NCBI GenBank assembly: GCA_964637955.1
Contig: CAZWXQ010000002.1
Location: 135,782 to 199,781 of the forward strand
DNA length: 64,000 nt
Direction of reading: 5' to 3'
DNA from: an uncultured Gammaproteobacteria bacterium
GTDB lineage: Bacteria; Patescibacteriota; Microgenomatia; Levybacterales; UBA12049
Part shown: positions 19,571-28,371 of the stretch, in pieces
How positions within the stretch are numbered: the stretch's first letter is position 1
How the letters are laid out: each line of letters opens with the position of its first letter
Notes under the pieces: generated by a model
What the model saw: only the letters and a program-made list of their open reading frames with translations
Told to the model about the DNA's origin: nothing
Database searches by the model: none
Program-made: the position numbers and the translations under genes

Positions 19571-20156
19571 ACCTCGATTTTTTAATGTGTTCGTGAACAA
19601 GTGTGTTTACTCCAGGAATTAGCTGAATAAAATAAACAGATTTTTCAGCCAATATCTCAAGAGGATTAGTTTTATATTTATACTTTTTATATAAATCAGG
19701 TGCTTGTTTTTTAAGCACCTCACTAGAGCTAATCATGGTCACATCCATTCCCTCTTTTTTAAAGAGCATTTTAGAGCGAGCGAAATGTTCAGGAGTCGTC
19801 ATTACCATAAGATGTTTTAAGTTTAATTTATCTGCGATTTTCTTAACTTCCTGGGCATTTTGCACAGTGTCCTTGGAAATATCTTCAAGTATTATTTTTT
19901 CTTTTGGAAAGTCGGGGAAGTTTAAGATCAGAAAATCGCTCATGGCCTTGGCCTCAGAAGGGAAGTCGATGCCAGCCGTTTTTCCACCTGAAAAAATTAT
20001 ATGTGAGAAATTACTTGAATTAAATAATACTCCACCTGCTATTACAGAAAACTGCGCCCTGTCACTTAAAAAATGTTTGGTTTTTCTAATTCTATTTCTG
20101 GTCCAACTAATGCCGATATTTTTACCTAAAACCACTAAGCCGTCGTATTCATTCAT
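19560..20156 (-). CDS. YdcF/DUF218 family protein
   Basis: LVVLG, IFSGG, SEAKAM, LEDISKDTVQNA, TTPEHFARS. Confidence 0.88.
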   Translation of the reverse strand: MNEYDGLVVLGKNIGISWTRNRIRKTKHFLSDRAQFSVIAGGVLFNSSNFSHIIFSGGKTAGIDFPSEAKAMSDFLILNFPDFPKEKIILEDISKDTVQNAQEVKKIADKLNLKHLMVMTTPEHFARSKMLFKKEGMDVTMISSSEVLKKQAPDLYKKYKYKTNPLEILAEKSVYFIQLIPGVNTLVHEHIKKSRSKA

Positions 20157-20189
20157 AAAATAATCTTAACACAAGTATTGAAGTGAAAA

Positions 20190-20768
20190 TTAGGGTATGG
20201 AGAGGCGGGAAATGCGAACGTTTTCAAGCATTTTCTGATATCTAATCAAATTTACAAAAGTCTCTTTTAAAACCTCAGTGATTGCATGACGCGACGCTTG
20301 AGCAGATTTCCCAAGTCTTTCGCCAAGTTCAGTGTCAGGAGAGAGACTGTGAAGATCAATTCCTGCTTCAGAAAGCAAGGTTTTTATACCGGCCTCGTCG
20401 CTATGTGCTGTGATGATGCCAACATCATCTTTTTTATGAGATTTTATAATTTTTTTGATTTCAGACATGTAATCGCTTGTTTTTTCTGTTAGATTCCCAA
20501 CTCGAATAGCATCCTGCGGAATATCGATATCTTTTAGATAATTTTTCATAAGACTTAAGCCCGACTGGGAATTGGAAAATAAAACTATCACTTTGGCAAT
20601 TCCTGCTAGAACTAGCAATCCGGCGGCAAGTGTTGTAATTCTTGTTGATGGATCAAGAACAGGGCTCTGTCCATTTAAACTTTGTGCAGTGCCAAAAACG
20701 ATCAGAGCACTTATAAGGTGAGGAGTTTCTATCTCTGGAGTATCGTGTTGGGTAAATCTTTCGAGCAT
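20190..20768 (-). CDS. Degenerate DUF218-like protein
   Basis: Same layout as neighbour (ALIVFG...TRITTLAAG...IVLFS...MKNYL...GIIT) but conserved residues lost. Confidence 0.55.
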   Translation of the reverse strand: MLERFTQHDTPEIETPHLISALIVFGTAQSLNGQSPVLDPSTRITTLAAGLLVLAGIAKVIVLFSNSQSGLSLMKNYLKDIDIPQDAIRVGNLTEKTSDYMSEIKKIIKSHKKDDVGIITAHSDEAGIKTLLSEAGIDLHSLSPDTELGERLGKSAQASRHAITEVLKETFVNLIRYQKMLENVRISRLSIP

Positions 20769-20990
20769 TAATTAAAGTATACATCTTTTTCATCACTTAA
20801 TTACAATTTATCCCAAATCCTATAGTTAAGTAAGTTATTTTAAATTTGTGCTATAATTCTTTGGTTTTTAATATTGAACGTCTATTTTGCTGACGTTTCT
20901 TAATGTTAAAAACAAGCACATTAAAATTTAACAGGAAATTTAGTTTAGACACGGATTTTCAGGTATTGAGAATTCGATATTTGAAAGGCC

Positions 20991-21215
20991 GTGTCTAAAA
21001 TAACACAGCAAGTGGAGAAATTGGCGATGCCAATGTCAGTAATTCCACCGTCGTGGACGAAGCGCCCCAGCGATTACGGTGATTCATCTTACGAAGAGGT
21101 GGTAGGCTACGACGAAAGTCGTTTCTGGGGACTCAACGTGTCTCTAGGTACAGTTGTCAAGGTAGCGTTCGCGGTCATCATCGCGCTCGTGCTTCTGGCA
21201 ACCTCAGGAACCTAG
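20991..21215 (+). CDS. Small single-TM protein (GC-rich island ORF A)
   Basis: GAAAGG SD, GTG start, C-terminal hydrophobic helix. Confidence 0.55.
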   Translation: MSKITQQVEKLAMPMSVIPPSWTKRPSDYGDSSYEEVVGYDESRFWGLNVSLGTVVKVAFAVIIALVLLATSGT

Positions 21216-21241
21216 TTCGAGAAGAACGGAGAGGAGAGATC

Positions 21242-21436
21242 ATGGACGAGAGAGACTTGGTTCAGGAAGCCAGAGCGAATAACTCTGACAACAGCTTCAC
21301 GAGTTCATCGCCTTGGGTGGCGCTTCTCGTGATGCTCGCGATCCTGATCATGCTCTACGGGGCATACTACTTCTTTTTTGGAGATCCAGAGCAGATCGAC
21401 GGGATCATTCGCTCGATTGCAGAGCAGATCAACTAA
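21242..21436 (+). CDS. Small single-TM protein (island ORF B)
   Basis: GGAGAGGAG SD; TM WVALLVMLAILIMLYGAYYFFF. Confidence 0.65.
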   Translation: MDERDLVQEARANNSDNSFTSSSPWVALLVMLAILIMLYGAYYFFFGDPEQIDGIIRSIAEQIN

Positions 21437-21447
21437 GGAGGTTCGAG

Positions 21448-21684
21448 ATGCGACAGTATTGGTCCAAGATCGAGGACGAAGAGGGCGAGGTGTACAATGC
21501 CTCCCATCTGCTCCTGGAAGTGCTCGGGTCGATCGTGGCGATCATCGTCACCTTCGTGTTCATCATGCCCGGTTGGGTGTGGAACGCCGCTCTCGAGCCT
21601 GTGCTCAAGGGAGTTCGGCTCATCCAGGCTGACATCTACGAGGGTCGCAATCAAGCGAGTCTCGAGTCAGAGAACGGTTCCTGA
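21448..21684 (+). CDS. Small single-TM protein (island ORF C, 78 aa)
   Basis: AAGGAGG SD overlapping ORF B stop; TM VLGSIVAIIVTFVFIM. Confidence 0.65.
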   Translation: MRQYWSKIEDEEGEVYNASHLLLEVLGSIVAIIVTFVFIMPGWVWNAALEPVLKGVRLIQADIYEGRNQASLESENGS

Positions 21685-21727
21685 TCGTCAGGAAGCAGCC
21701 GGCCAAAAGCCGAGAAAGGGCAGTCAA

Positions 21728-21832
21728 ATGTTCAAGACCGGGTTCAAGTGGCTCGTGGCAATCACCGCAGTGGTGACCTCCATCGGAGTCGCAGTCGCGA
21801 CCTGGTACGAGAAGCATGGTTACAAGAGGTAA
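21728..21832 (+). CDS. 34-aa single-TM microprotein (island ORF D)
   Basis: GAAAGGG SD; MFKTGFKWLVAITAVVTSIGVAVATWYEKHGYKR. Confidence 0.55.
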   Translation: MFKTGFKWLVAITAVVTSIGVAVATWYEKHGYKR

Positions 21833-22165
21833 TCATGAACCGAACTGTTTGTTCGCGCGCTTCGCCCTTGTTGGTGATATTCCTGTTTAATGGAGCCTGC
21901 GGAAGGAAGCTTCTGTCAATCATCTGGCCGATGGCGGTTGGAATGGTATGCAGAAATTGCAGATCTCCGTAGCAGGGGAACAAGGGATACATTGCGGTGT
22001 CTGTAGTGTTGGTTTTTACCAACGCACACGCGATATTTCGCACCCACTTTCTTCTTTTGTTCCTATTTCTAAGTTATTAAATTGTATTGATAATTTAGGA
22101 ATAAATACTATGAATAATTATCCGTTGTTTCTAGCCACGATGTATGTTAAAATTAGATTCACAAT

Positions 22166-22438
22166 ATGATATATAATTTAACATTAGTTTTAAGATCAAG
22201 TCTCAAAGAAGATCAGAGAAAAAAGCTTATCGATGGAGTAAAGGACTCTTTTGGTAAAGCAAAAATTACTGAAAAAGAAATAGGACAAAAGCCACTAGCT
22301 TATCCTATTGATAAAGAAGTTTCTGGATATTTTGTGTCAATGGTAGCAGAGCCAGAAGAGGTAATTTCAAAAGATTTCGAAAAAAAGTTATTTTCAAACG
22401 ACAACATCTTAAGACATTTATTTTTAAGAACAAAATAA
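22166..22438 (+). CDS. rpsF: 30S ribosomal protein S6
   Basis: GQKPLAYPI, ILRHL; rpsF-ssb-rpsR order. Confidence 0.95.
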   Translation: MIYNLTLVLRSSLKEDQRKKLIDGVKDSFGKAKITEKEIGQKPLAYPIDKEVSGYFVSMVAEPEEVISKDFEKKLFSNDNILRHLFLRTK

Positions 22439-22513
22439 ATTTCGATATACCATGTACGATTTATCATTTTCGTAAATGGACAATTATAGATAATAAATGG
22501 TAAATATTAATTT

Positions 22514-23050
22514 ATGGCAAGATCATTAAACAGAGTGCAGCTCATCGGAAATCTAACAAGAGATCCAGAGCTAAGATATACCCCGCAGGGTACAGCTGTT
22601 TGCTCATTTAGTATTGCCACAAATAGATCTTGGACGACAGATGCAGGCGAGAAGAAAGACGAAGCTGACTTTCATAGAATAGTCGCTTGGAATAAACTCG
22701 CAGAACTTTGTAGTCAGTTTTTAACTAAAGGAAGAAAAGTTTATGTAGAAGGTAGGCTTTCTACTAGAAACTGGCAAGCCCAGGATGGAGCACAGAGAAG
22801 TACAACTGAAGTAATAATTTCAGATATGATACTTCTTGACTCAGCAGGTGGTAGATCAAGAGAAGATGAATCACCTGAAGAGCCAATGGGAGAAGAGGGA
22901 GAGGCAGAAGCTCTAAAGAATCCTTCATCAGCAAAAGCAGATGCAGGACAAAGAGAATCTAAATCTAAAAAAGAAAGTAAAAAGAAAGAGGAGCCGGAAT
23001 CAGAGGAGGCACCAGCTGAAGAAGTTGCACCCGATGATATACCATTCTAG
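22514..23050 (+). CDS. ssb: Single-stranded DNA-binding protein
   Basis: LNRVQLIGNLTRDPELRYT, C-terminal DDIPF. Confidence 0.98.
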   Translation: MARSLNRVQLIGNLTRDPELRYTPQGTAVCSFSIATNRSWTTDAGEKKDEADFHRIVAWNKLAELCSQFLTKGRKVYVEGRLSTRNWQAQDGAQRSTTEVIISDMILLDSAGGRSREDESPEEPMGEEGEAEALKNPSSAKADAGQRESKSKKESKKKEEPESEEAPAEEVAPDDIPF

Positions 23051-23137
23051 AAATATTGACAATTTACCATTGATGATTGATCAATTGATAGTCGGAAATA
23101 GTAAATTATAAATAATAAATAGTAAATTTTTAAAATT

Positions 23138-23383
23138 ATGGCAAGAGATAGAAGACCAAAAAAGAGAATAATGAAAGGAGTCCCAAAGGACTGTTATTTC
23201 TGTGTTGAGAAAAAAGAACCAACATTTGAAGATACAGCGGTTCTTCAAAGATTTCTTACAGAAAGAAGTAAAATTATTCCAAGAAGTAGAAACGGATTAT
23301 GCGCAAAACATCAAAATGCTTTGGCTTTGAATACAAAATACGCAAGACATTTAGCGCTTCTTCCATTTGTAGTCCGAAGTTAG
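23138..23383 (+). CDS. rpsR: 30S ribosomal protein S18 (Zn-binding C+ type)
   Basis: CYFC, KIIPR, CAKHQ, ARHLALLPF. Confidence 0.96.
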   Translation: MARDRRPKKRIMKGVPKDCYFCVEKKEPTFEDTAVLQRFLTERSKIIPRSRNGLCAKHQNALALNTKYARHLALLPFVVRS

Positions 23384-23393
23384 CTCCATACAT

Positions 23394-23605
23394 TGTCATC
23401 TTGAACTTGTTTTAGGATCTTTAAAATATTTTTCTTCTGTTCTTTTCTCCGAGAAAAGAACGAAAAGCTCTCGTCAAGTCTAGATTTGTGCTTTTAATTA
23501 TTCGTTCATTTATCGGGGGATTTCACCCCTTCCTCGACAAGTTTGCGAGGAATCCCCCTGATGCATTCACTCCTACTTTCATGCACAAATCTGCGAAATT
23601 GACGA
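23394..23605. repeat. Structured intergenic element (nested long hairpin plus short palindromes)
   Basis: gttcttttctc-c-gagaaaagaac; tcgtcaa/ttgacga, agatttgtgc/gcacaaatct, ggggatt/aatcccc, ttcctcg/cgaggaa. Confidence 0.7.
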
Positions 23606-23711
23606 AAAATTAATTCTATATTTTTAAACATAAATACTGCATGGCCTATCGAATTTGATGCATTTCTAACCGGTTGTTAAAGTTTGAAAGTTTCTCTATA
23701 ATAGATTCTTA

Positions 23712-24968
23712 ATGCGAAAATCTCCTCGAATTCAAGTTTTTATCCTCATAATTATTGCTGGTTTGGTCGGATATTATATAGGTGTAAATAAAGTTAATTT
23801 TGAGTGGAAAAAGTTTCATCCAAAAATTACAGTAACGAGTAAAGCTCCGCCTCCAGAAATGAAAACTGCAGATTTTGCCCAGTTTTGGACTGTCTGGCAA
23901 AAACTTGAATCAGATTATTATGACAAGACCAAGCTCGATCCTCAAAAAATGGTAAATGGAGCTATTATGGGCATGGTAAATAGCTTGGGAGATCCATTTA
24001 CAGTTTATCTTCCACCAGTTCAAAATGATAATTTTAAGTCTGGGCTTGCTGGCCAATTCCAAGGAATTGGCGCTGAGCTGGGTACAAAAGACAGCCAGGT
24101 GATAGTTATAGCTCCAATCACAGGAGGTCCTGCAGAAAAGGCTGGTATTAAAGCTGGAGATATAATTCTTGCGGTTGATGGAAAATCCATAGCAAATTGG
24201 ACCATAAATCAGGCTGTAGAGAAAATTAGAGGACCTAAAGGTACAAGTGTGACTCTTACGTTGGGTCAAAAAGACAAGGAGCCAAGAGATGTAAAGATTG
24301 TTCGCGATGTTATAACCGTGAAGAGTCTTGAGGCAGGTATTAAAAAAGTTAAAGATCTAAACGGAGTAAAGTTAGATAAATCACTTGATAATCAAGAAGT
24401 AATTTATGCAAGACTTTCTCAGTTCGGAGATAACACAAATGATGAATGGCTTGATCAAATTAATAAGGTGAGTATCGCCATGAATACAAATAAAAATGTA
24501 AAAGGAGTAATCTTTGATCTTAGAAATAATCCAGGCGGATATCTTACAGATGCTGTATTTATTGCCTCAGAATTCCTTCAGGAAGGTCAGCCAGTAGTTA
24601 TGCAAGAAGAAGGCGGACAAAGAACAGTTTTAAAGGCTAATAGAAAAGGACTTCTTCAAGATATGCCCGTTATTATCTTAGTAAATAAAGGTTCTGCATC
24701 AGCAAGTGAAATTGTGACTGGTGCTTTAAGGGATCACAATAGAGCCACGGTAGTAGGAGATACTTCTTTTGGAAAAGGTACTATTCAGCAGGCAGAGGAC
24801 CTTGGTGGAGGTGCTGGTCTTCACGTAACAATAGCAAAATGGCTAACTCCGAATGGCACATGGGTACATGAAAAAGGAATTGAGCCAGACATTAAAGTAG
24901 CTCTTGATCCAAAGCAGCCTGAGCGAGACCTTCAGCTTGAAAAAGCAGTTGCGGAATTGTTAAAATAA
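23712..24968 (+). CDS. S41A carboxy-terminal processing protease (CtpA-like)
   Basis: N-terminal TM, PDZ, DLRNNPGG, SASASE, GKGTIQ. Confidence 0.95.
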   Translation: MRKSPRIQVFILIIIAGLVGYYIGVNKVNFEWKKFHPKITVTSKAPPPEMKTADFAQFWTVWQKLESDYYDKTKLDPQKMVNGAIMGMVNSLGDPFTVYLPPVQNDNFKSGLAGQFQGIGAELGTKDSQVIVIAPITGGPAEKAGIKAGDIILAVDGKSIANWTINQAVEKIRGPKGTSVTLTLGQKDKEPRDVKIVRDVITVKSLEAGIKKVKDLNGVKLDKSLDNQEVIYARLSQFGDNTNDEWLDQINKVSIAMNTNKNVKGVIFDLRNNPGGYLTDAVFIASEFLQEGQPVVMQEEGGQRTVLKANRKGLLQDMPVIILVNKGSASASEIVTGALRDHNRATVVGDTSFGKGTIQQAEDLGGGAGLHVTIAKWLTPNGTWVHEKGIEPDIKVALDPKQPERDLQLEKAVAELLK

Positions 24969-25065
24969 CTTCAAATATTCGGCTTGAGTAAATTGACGCC
25001 AGATATTTTCAAATAAAATTCAGAAATAATTAAGAATTCTCGTTTATACTTAAACGACATTAGCT

Positions 25066-26202
25066 ATGAAGAGATTACTTCTTATTGCAGCCATTTTAAT
25101 ATTTCTATTAGGTGGATTATATTTTTTATCTGAGAAGTTTTCTTTTAGTATTGCTCCAAAAAATACTACTGAAAATGTAATTAATAATGAAAAAGTAAAA
25201 GTTCTTACTGAAGAATCAGTAGTAACTAATGCCGTAGAAAAAGTGGGACCAAGCGTAGTTACTATAGTAGAAACTTTTCCTCAGGGCTCAAAGGTTTCGC
25301 AAGAAAATAATCCATTCTCAATTTTTGGTTTCGACCAGGCACCTGAACAAAGCAATGAGCCTCAAAGTATAGGATCTGGATTCGTAGTTAGTAATGATGG
25401 CTTGATAGTTACAAATAAGCATGTGGTTTCAGATACAGGAGTTAAGTACTCGATTCTAACCAGCAGTGATAAAAAGTATGAAGTAGAAAAAATTTATAAA
25501 GATCCTTTAAACGATGTTGCCATCCTTAAGGTAAATACAACTGAACTAAAGCCAGTCACTCTTGGGAATTCAGATAATCTAAAAGTAGGGCAGTTCGTAA
25601 TAGCTATTGGTTCAGCTCTTGGAGAATTTAGAAATTCTGTGACGACAGGAGTAATTTCAGGCCTGGGACGAGGAATTACAGCAGGAAGTCAGTTTCAAGG
25701 ATTTGCAGAAAAACTTGATAATGTTATTCAAACAGATGCAGCTATAAATCCAGGAAATTCAGGAGGGCCGCTTCTAAATTCTTCCTCACAAGTAATCGGA
25801 GTAAATACAGCGGTTTCTGCTGAAGGTCAAAACATAGGATTTGCACTTCCAATAAATGTTATTAAGCAGTCTCTTGATAATTTTAATAAAACCGGACAGT
25901 TTAACCGTCCATTTATAGGAGTTTCTTATGTGATTCTTACGCCTGATGTAGCTTCGGTAAATGAGTTAGTAGCCGGAGCATATATTGATACTGTTGTGCC
26001 TGGTTCTCCTGCAGAAAAAGCAGGTCTTGAAAAAGGCGATATAATAGTTACGGTTAACGGAAAGAAGATTGAGAAAGATAAATTTGAACTTTCTCACGCA
26101 ATATCAGAGAATAAGATAGGGGATGAGATAATACTTAAAGTTTGGCGCGATGGGAAGGTTCAGGACATCAAAGTCACTTTAGGAGAAACGCCTCAAGAAT
26201 AA
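25066..26202 (+). CDS. HtrA/DegP-like serine protease with PDZ
   Basis: GSGF, TNKHVV, QTDAAINPGNSGGPL, PDZ. Confidence 0.95.
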   Translation: MKRLLLIAAILIFLLGGLYFLSEKFSFSIAPKNTTENVINNEKVKVLTEESVVTNAVEKVGPSVVTIVETFPQGSKVSQENNPFSIFGFDQAPEQSNEPQSIGSGFVVSNDGLIVTNKHVVSDTGVKYSILTSSDKKYEVEKIYKDPLNDVAILKVNTTELKPVTLGNSDNLKVGQFVIAIGSALGEFRNSVTTGVISGLGRGITAGSQFQGFAEKLDNVIQTDAAINPGNSGGPLLNSSSQVIGVNTAVSAEGQNIGFALPINVIKQSLDNFNKTGQFNRPFIGVSYVILTPDVASVNELVAGAYIDTVVPGSPAEKAGLEKGDIIVTVNGKKIEKDKFELSHAISENKIGDEIILKVWRDGKVQDIKVTLGETPQE

Positions 26203-27140
26203 TGTTACTTCAAAAAAACGTATTGCTTAAAGATTATTGTAATTATCAGATCGGTGGCCCTGCAGAATACTTTTATGAATTCAAGTCAGTTGTTGATCTT
26301 ATTGAATGTCTTGGTGAATACGCAGAAATTAATCCTGAATTAAAAAATATTTTTATTCTAGGAAGCGGAACGAATATATTATTTAGCGATAAAGGTTATA
26401 GAGGCTTAGTGTTAAAAAATTCATTGATGGGAATAGAAAGAGAAGATTTGATTTTGGAAGCGGCGTCTGGAATTTTATTTGACGAATTAATCAACTATGC
26501 GATCTTAAAGCATATGTCAGGTCTCGAATGGGCTGGAGGACTTCCAGGAACAGTTGGAGGTGCTGTGAGAGGTAATGCTGGGGCATATGGCGGTGAGACA
26601 AAAGATACATTAGTTGAAGTAAAAAGTATAAATATTAAAACATTTGAAATAAAAACGAGAACTAATGCCGAATGTAATTTTACATACAGGCAAAGTATTT
26701 TTAAAAGAGGGGAAGGGGAAGATGAAATTATCTTGTCAGCTAAATTTAAATTTGAATATTCTGACATGGATACTATCAAAGCAAATACCCAGAAAAATAT
26801 AGATCATAGAATAGATAGGCACCCACTAGAATATCCTAATGTTGGAAGTATTTTTAAAAACGTACCTGTGGAAAAAGTTTCACCTCAAGTTCTAGAAGAA
26901 TTCGCGGCAAATATAAAATTTGATCCATTTCGTGTGTTGCCGGTAGCCAAACTTATTGTCTCATGTGGTCTTGTAGGGAAGCAAATAGGAGGAGCCCAAA
27001 TTTCCACGAAGCATCCAAACTTCATAGTGAATCTAGGAAATTCTTCATCTCAAGACGTTTTAGATCTCATAGATTTAGTAAAGAAAGAAGTGAAGAAAAA
27101 ATTTGAAATAGATCTCGAAGAAGAAGTAATGATCGTATAA
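26202..27140 (+). CDS. murB: UDP-N-acetylmuramate dehydrogenase
   Basis: IGGPA, GSGTN, PGTVGGAVRGNAGAYG, GSIFKN, HPNFIVN; TAATG coupling with htrA. Confidence 0.96.
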   Translation: MLLQKNVLLKDYCNYQIGGPAEYFYEFKSVVDLIECLGEYAEINPELKNIFILGSGTNILFSDKGYRGLVLKNSLMGIEREDLILEAASGILFDELINYAILKHMSGLEWAGGLPGTVGGAVRGNAGAYGGETKDTLVEVKSINIKTFEIKTRTNAECNFTYRQSIFKRGEGEDEIILSAKFKFEYSDMDTIKANTQKNIDHRIDRHPLEYPNVGSIFKNVPVEKVSPQVLEEFAANIKFDPFRVLPVAKLIVSCGLVGKQIGGAQISTKHPNFIVNLGNSSSQDVLDLIDLVKKEVKKKFEIDLEEEVMIV

Positions 27141-27171
27141 AATAGCCTCGTTTTTGCTATAATCTTTTGCT

Positions 27172-27699
27172 ATGAGTGAATTAATTGGCTCACGTCCAGA
27201 AGGAATAAGCTTTTACAAGCCTGGAGACGAGATTACGCTTTTTGGGGGAGATTTAAAAAATAATAGATCATTTGTAAGCGAGAATGTTCACGTGGGGGAT
27301 TTAGGCATAGCATGGCTTATTGGAAACGAAATTGAAGATGTTAATTTTAAAGATTTTGCTCAAGGATTTTTGCCTGACGGAAATGAACCACAAATTAGAC
27401 TCATAAGAGATTTTGAGCAGGTAGGCATATATCAGTTGTTACTTTTCCTAGATAGAATTCCTGATAATATGCATATTGAGTCTTTAGTAGTGCTACCAAA
27501 TGGCAAATGGTGTGAAGCACATGTTTCTCAACCGCTCCCCCCTACGCTTCCTGGCAATTTTAATGTATATAACGCTTGGGGAGTAGATGATCAAGGAAAA
27601 CCTCTTTATCTCTTGGCACGTCCAGATACAGATTTATTAAGCCAATATAAATTTTCGTTTAAAATGAGATTAGAATCGAGCCAAGGACTAACAGCTTAA
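27172..27699 (+). CDS. Hypothetical protein (inserted orphan)
   Basis: 175-aa ORF with tgcTATAAT 8 nt upstream; flanked by direct repeats. Confidence 0.7.
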   Translation: MSELIGSRPEGISFYKPGDEITLFGGDLKNNRSFVSENVHVGDLGIAWLIGNEIEDVNFKDFAQGFLPDGNEPQIRLIRDFEQVGIYQLLLFLDRIPDNMHIESLVVLPNGKWCEAHVSQPLPPTLPGNFNVYNAWGVDDQGKPLYLLARPDTDLLSQYKFSFKMRLESSQGLTA

Positions 27700-27719
27700 A
27701 AAAACGAGTCTACTGGAAG

Positions 27720-27744
27720 ACTTGATACTTCATTTTAAATCCCA
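27720..27744 (+). repeat. 25-bp exact copy of the antiporter promoter region (28335-28359)
   Basis: acttgatacttcattttaaatccca at both sites. Confidence 0.9.
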
Positions 27745-27747
27745 ATA

Positions 27748-27792
27748 AAAAAATTTGAAATAGATCTTGAAGAAGAAGTAATGATTGTATAG
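27748..27792 (+). repeat. 45-bp copy of the murB 3' end (27096-27140)
   Basis: 42/45 identical; differences CTC/CTT, ATC/ATT, TAA/TAG. Confidence 0.92.
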
Positions 27793-27828
27793 TGTTATTT
27801 ATTCAAAATTTCCCCTAAACTTTAGAGG

Positions 27829-28287
27829 TTAGATTTTCTCTGCAAATACTAAATACAAAAATATTAGAAATGCAATAATAACAAAGATAAATGAACTGCT
27901 AATTACACTAAATTCACTAATTATTACTCCTCTTTCTCTAGTTTTTTGAATTTGACGATTCGAAATTAATCCACTTATAAATGAAAGTAGTGGGCAAATA
28001 AATATAAATAAAATAAATGCAGCTAAATAGAGAGGTGTTCCGTCTAAAATAAATGGAAAATGAATACGAATAAAGTTTATATTAAATGCATAAATACATA
28101 TATATATAATATAAATTAAAGACATCAGAAGCATAATCCCTGAAAAAATAGATAACTTATTCCATTTGGGATTTTTTTCAGGTGCTATTTCTAGAACAGG
28201 AGTCTGAATAAGTTCATTTTGATCTGCTTGAGAAATGGAAGGGGGAAGTGCAGCTTCTGGTATTTGAGTAATTTCTTGCATATACAT
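27829..28287 (-). CDS. Small membrane protein (DUF4190-like C-terminus)
   Basis: Three TM helices; GLISNRQIQKTRERG pattern. Confidence 0.65.
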   Translation of the reverse strand: MYMQEITQIPEAALPPSISQADQNELIQTPVLEIAPEKNPKWNKLSIFSGIMLLMSLIYIIYICIYAFNINFIRIHFPFILDGTPLYLAAFILFIFICPLLSFISGLISNRQIQKTRERGVIISEFSVISSSFIFVIIAFLIFLYLVFAEKI

Positions 28288-28371
28288 TTATACTGATAAG
28301 TTCTCTTAACATTGTCAATAAACAGTCATATTATACTTGATACTTCATTTTAAATCCCACATACTAAATAT

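Noticed and set aside
21890-21920. CGGAAGGAAGC resembling SRP RNA domain IV
   Set aside because: Lacks the CAGG/AGCAG internal loop and the stem does not pair.
21835-22169. Cys-rich ORFs at the island's right edge (21835-21972, 21762-22043, 21948-22169)
   Set aside because: Overlapping frames with no convincing composition; 21835 has a possible SD but no other support.
22918-22952. PSSAKADAGQ in the Ssb linker as a decayed REP insertion
   Set aside because: No palindrome remains at DNA level; linker is naturally variable.
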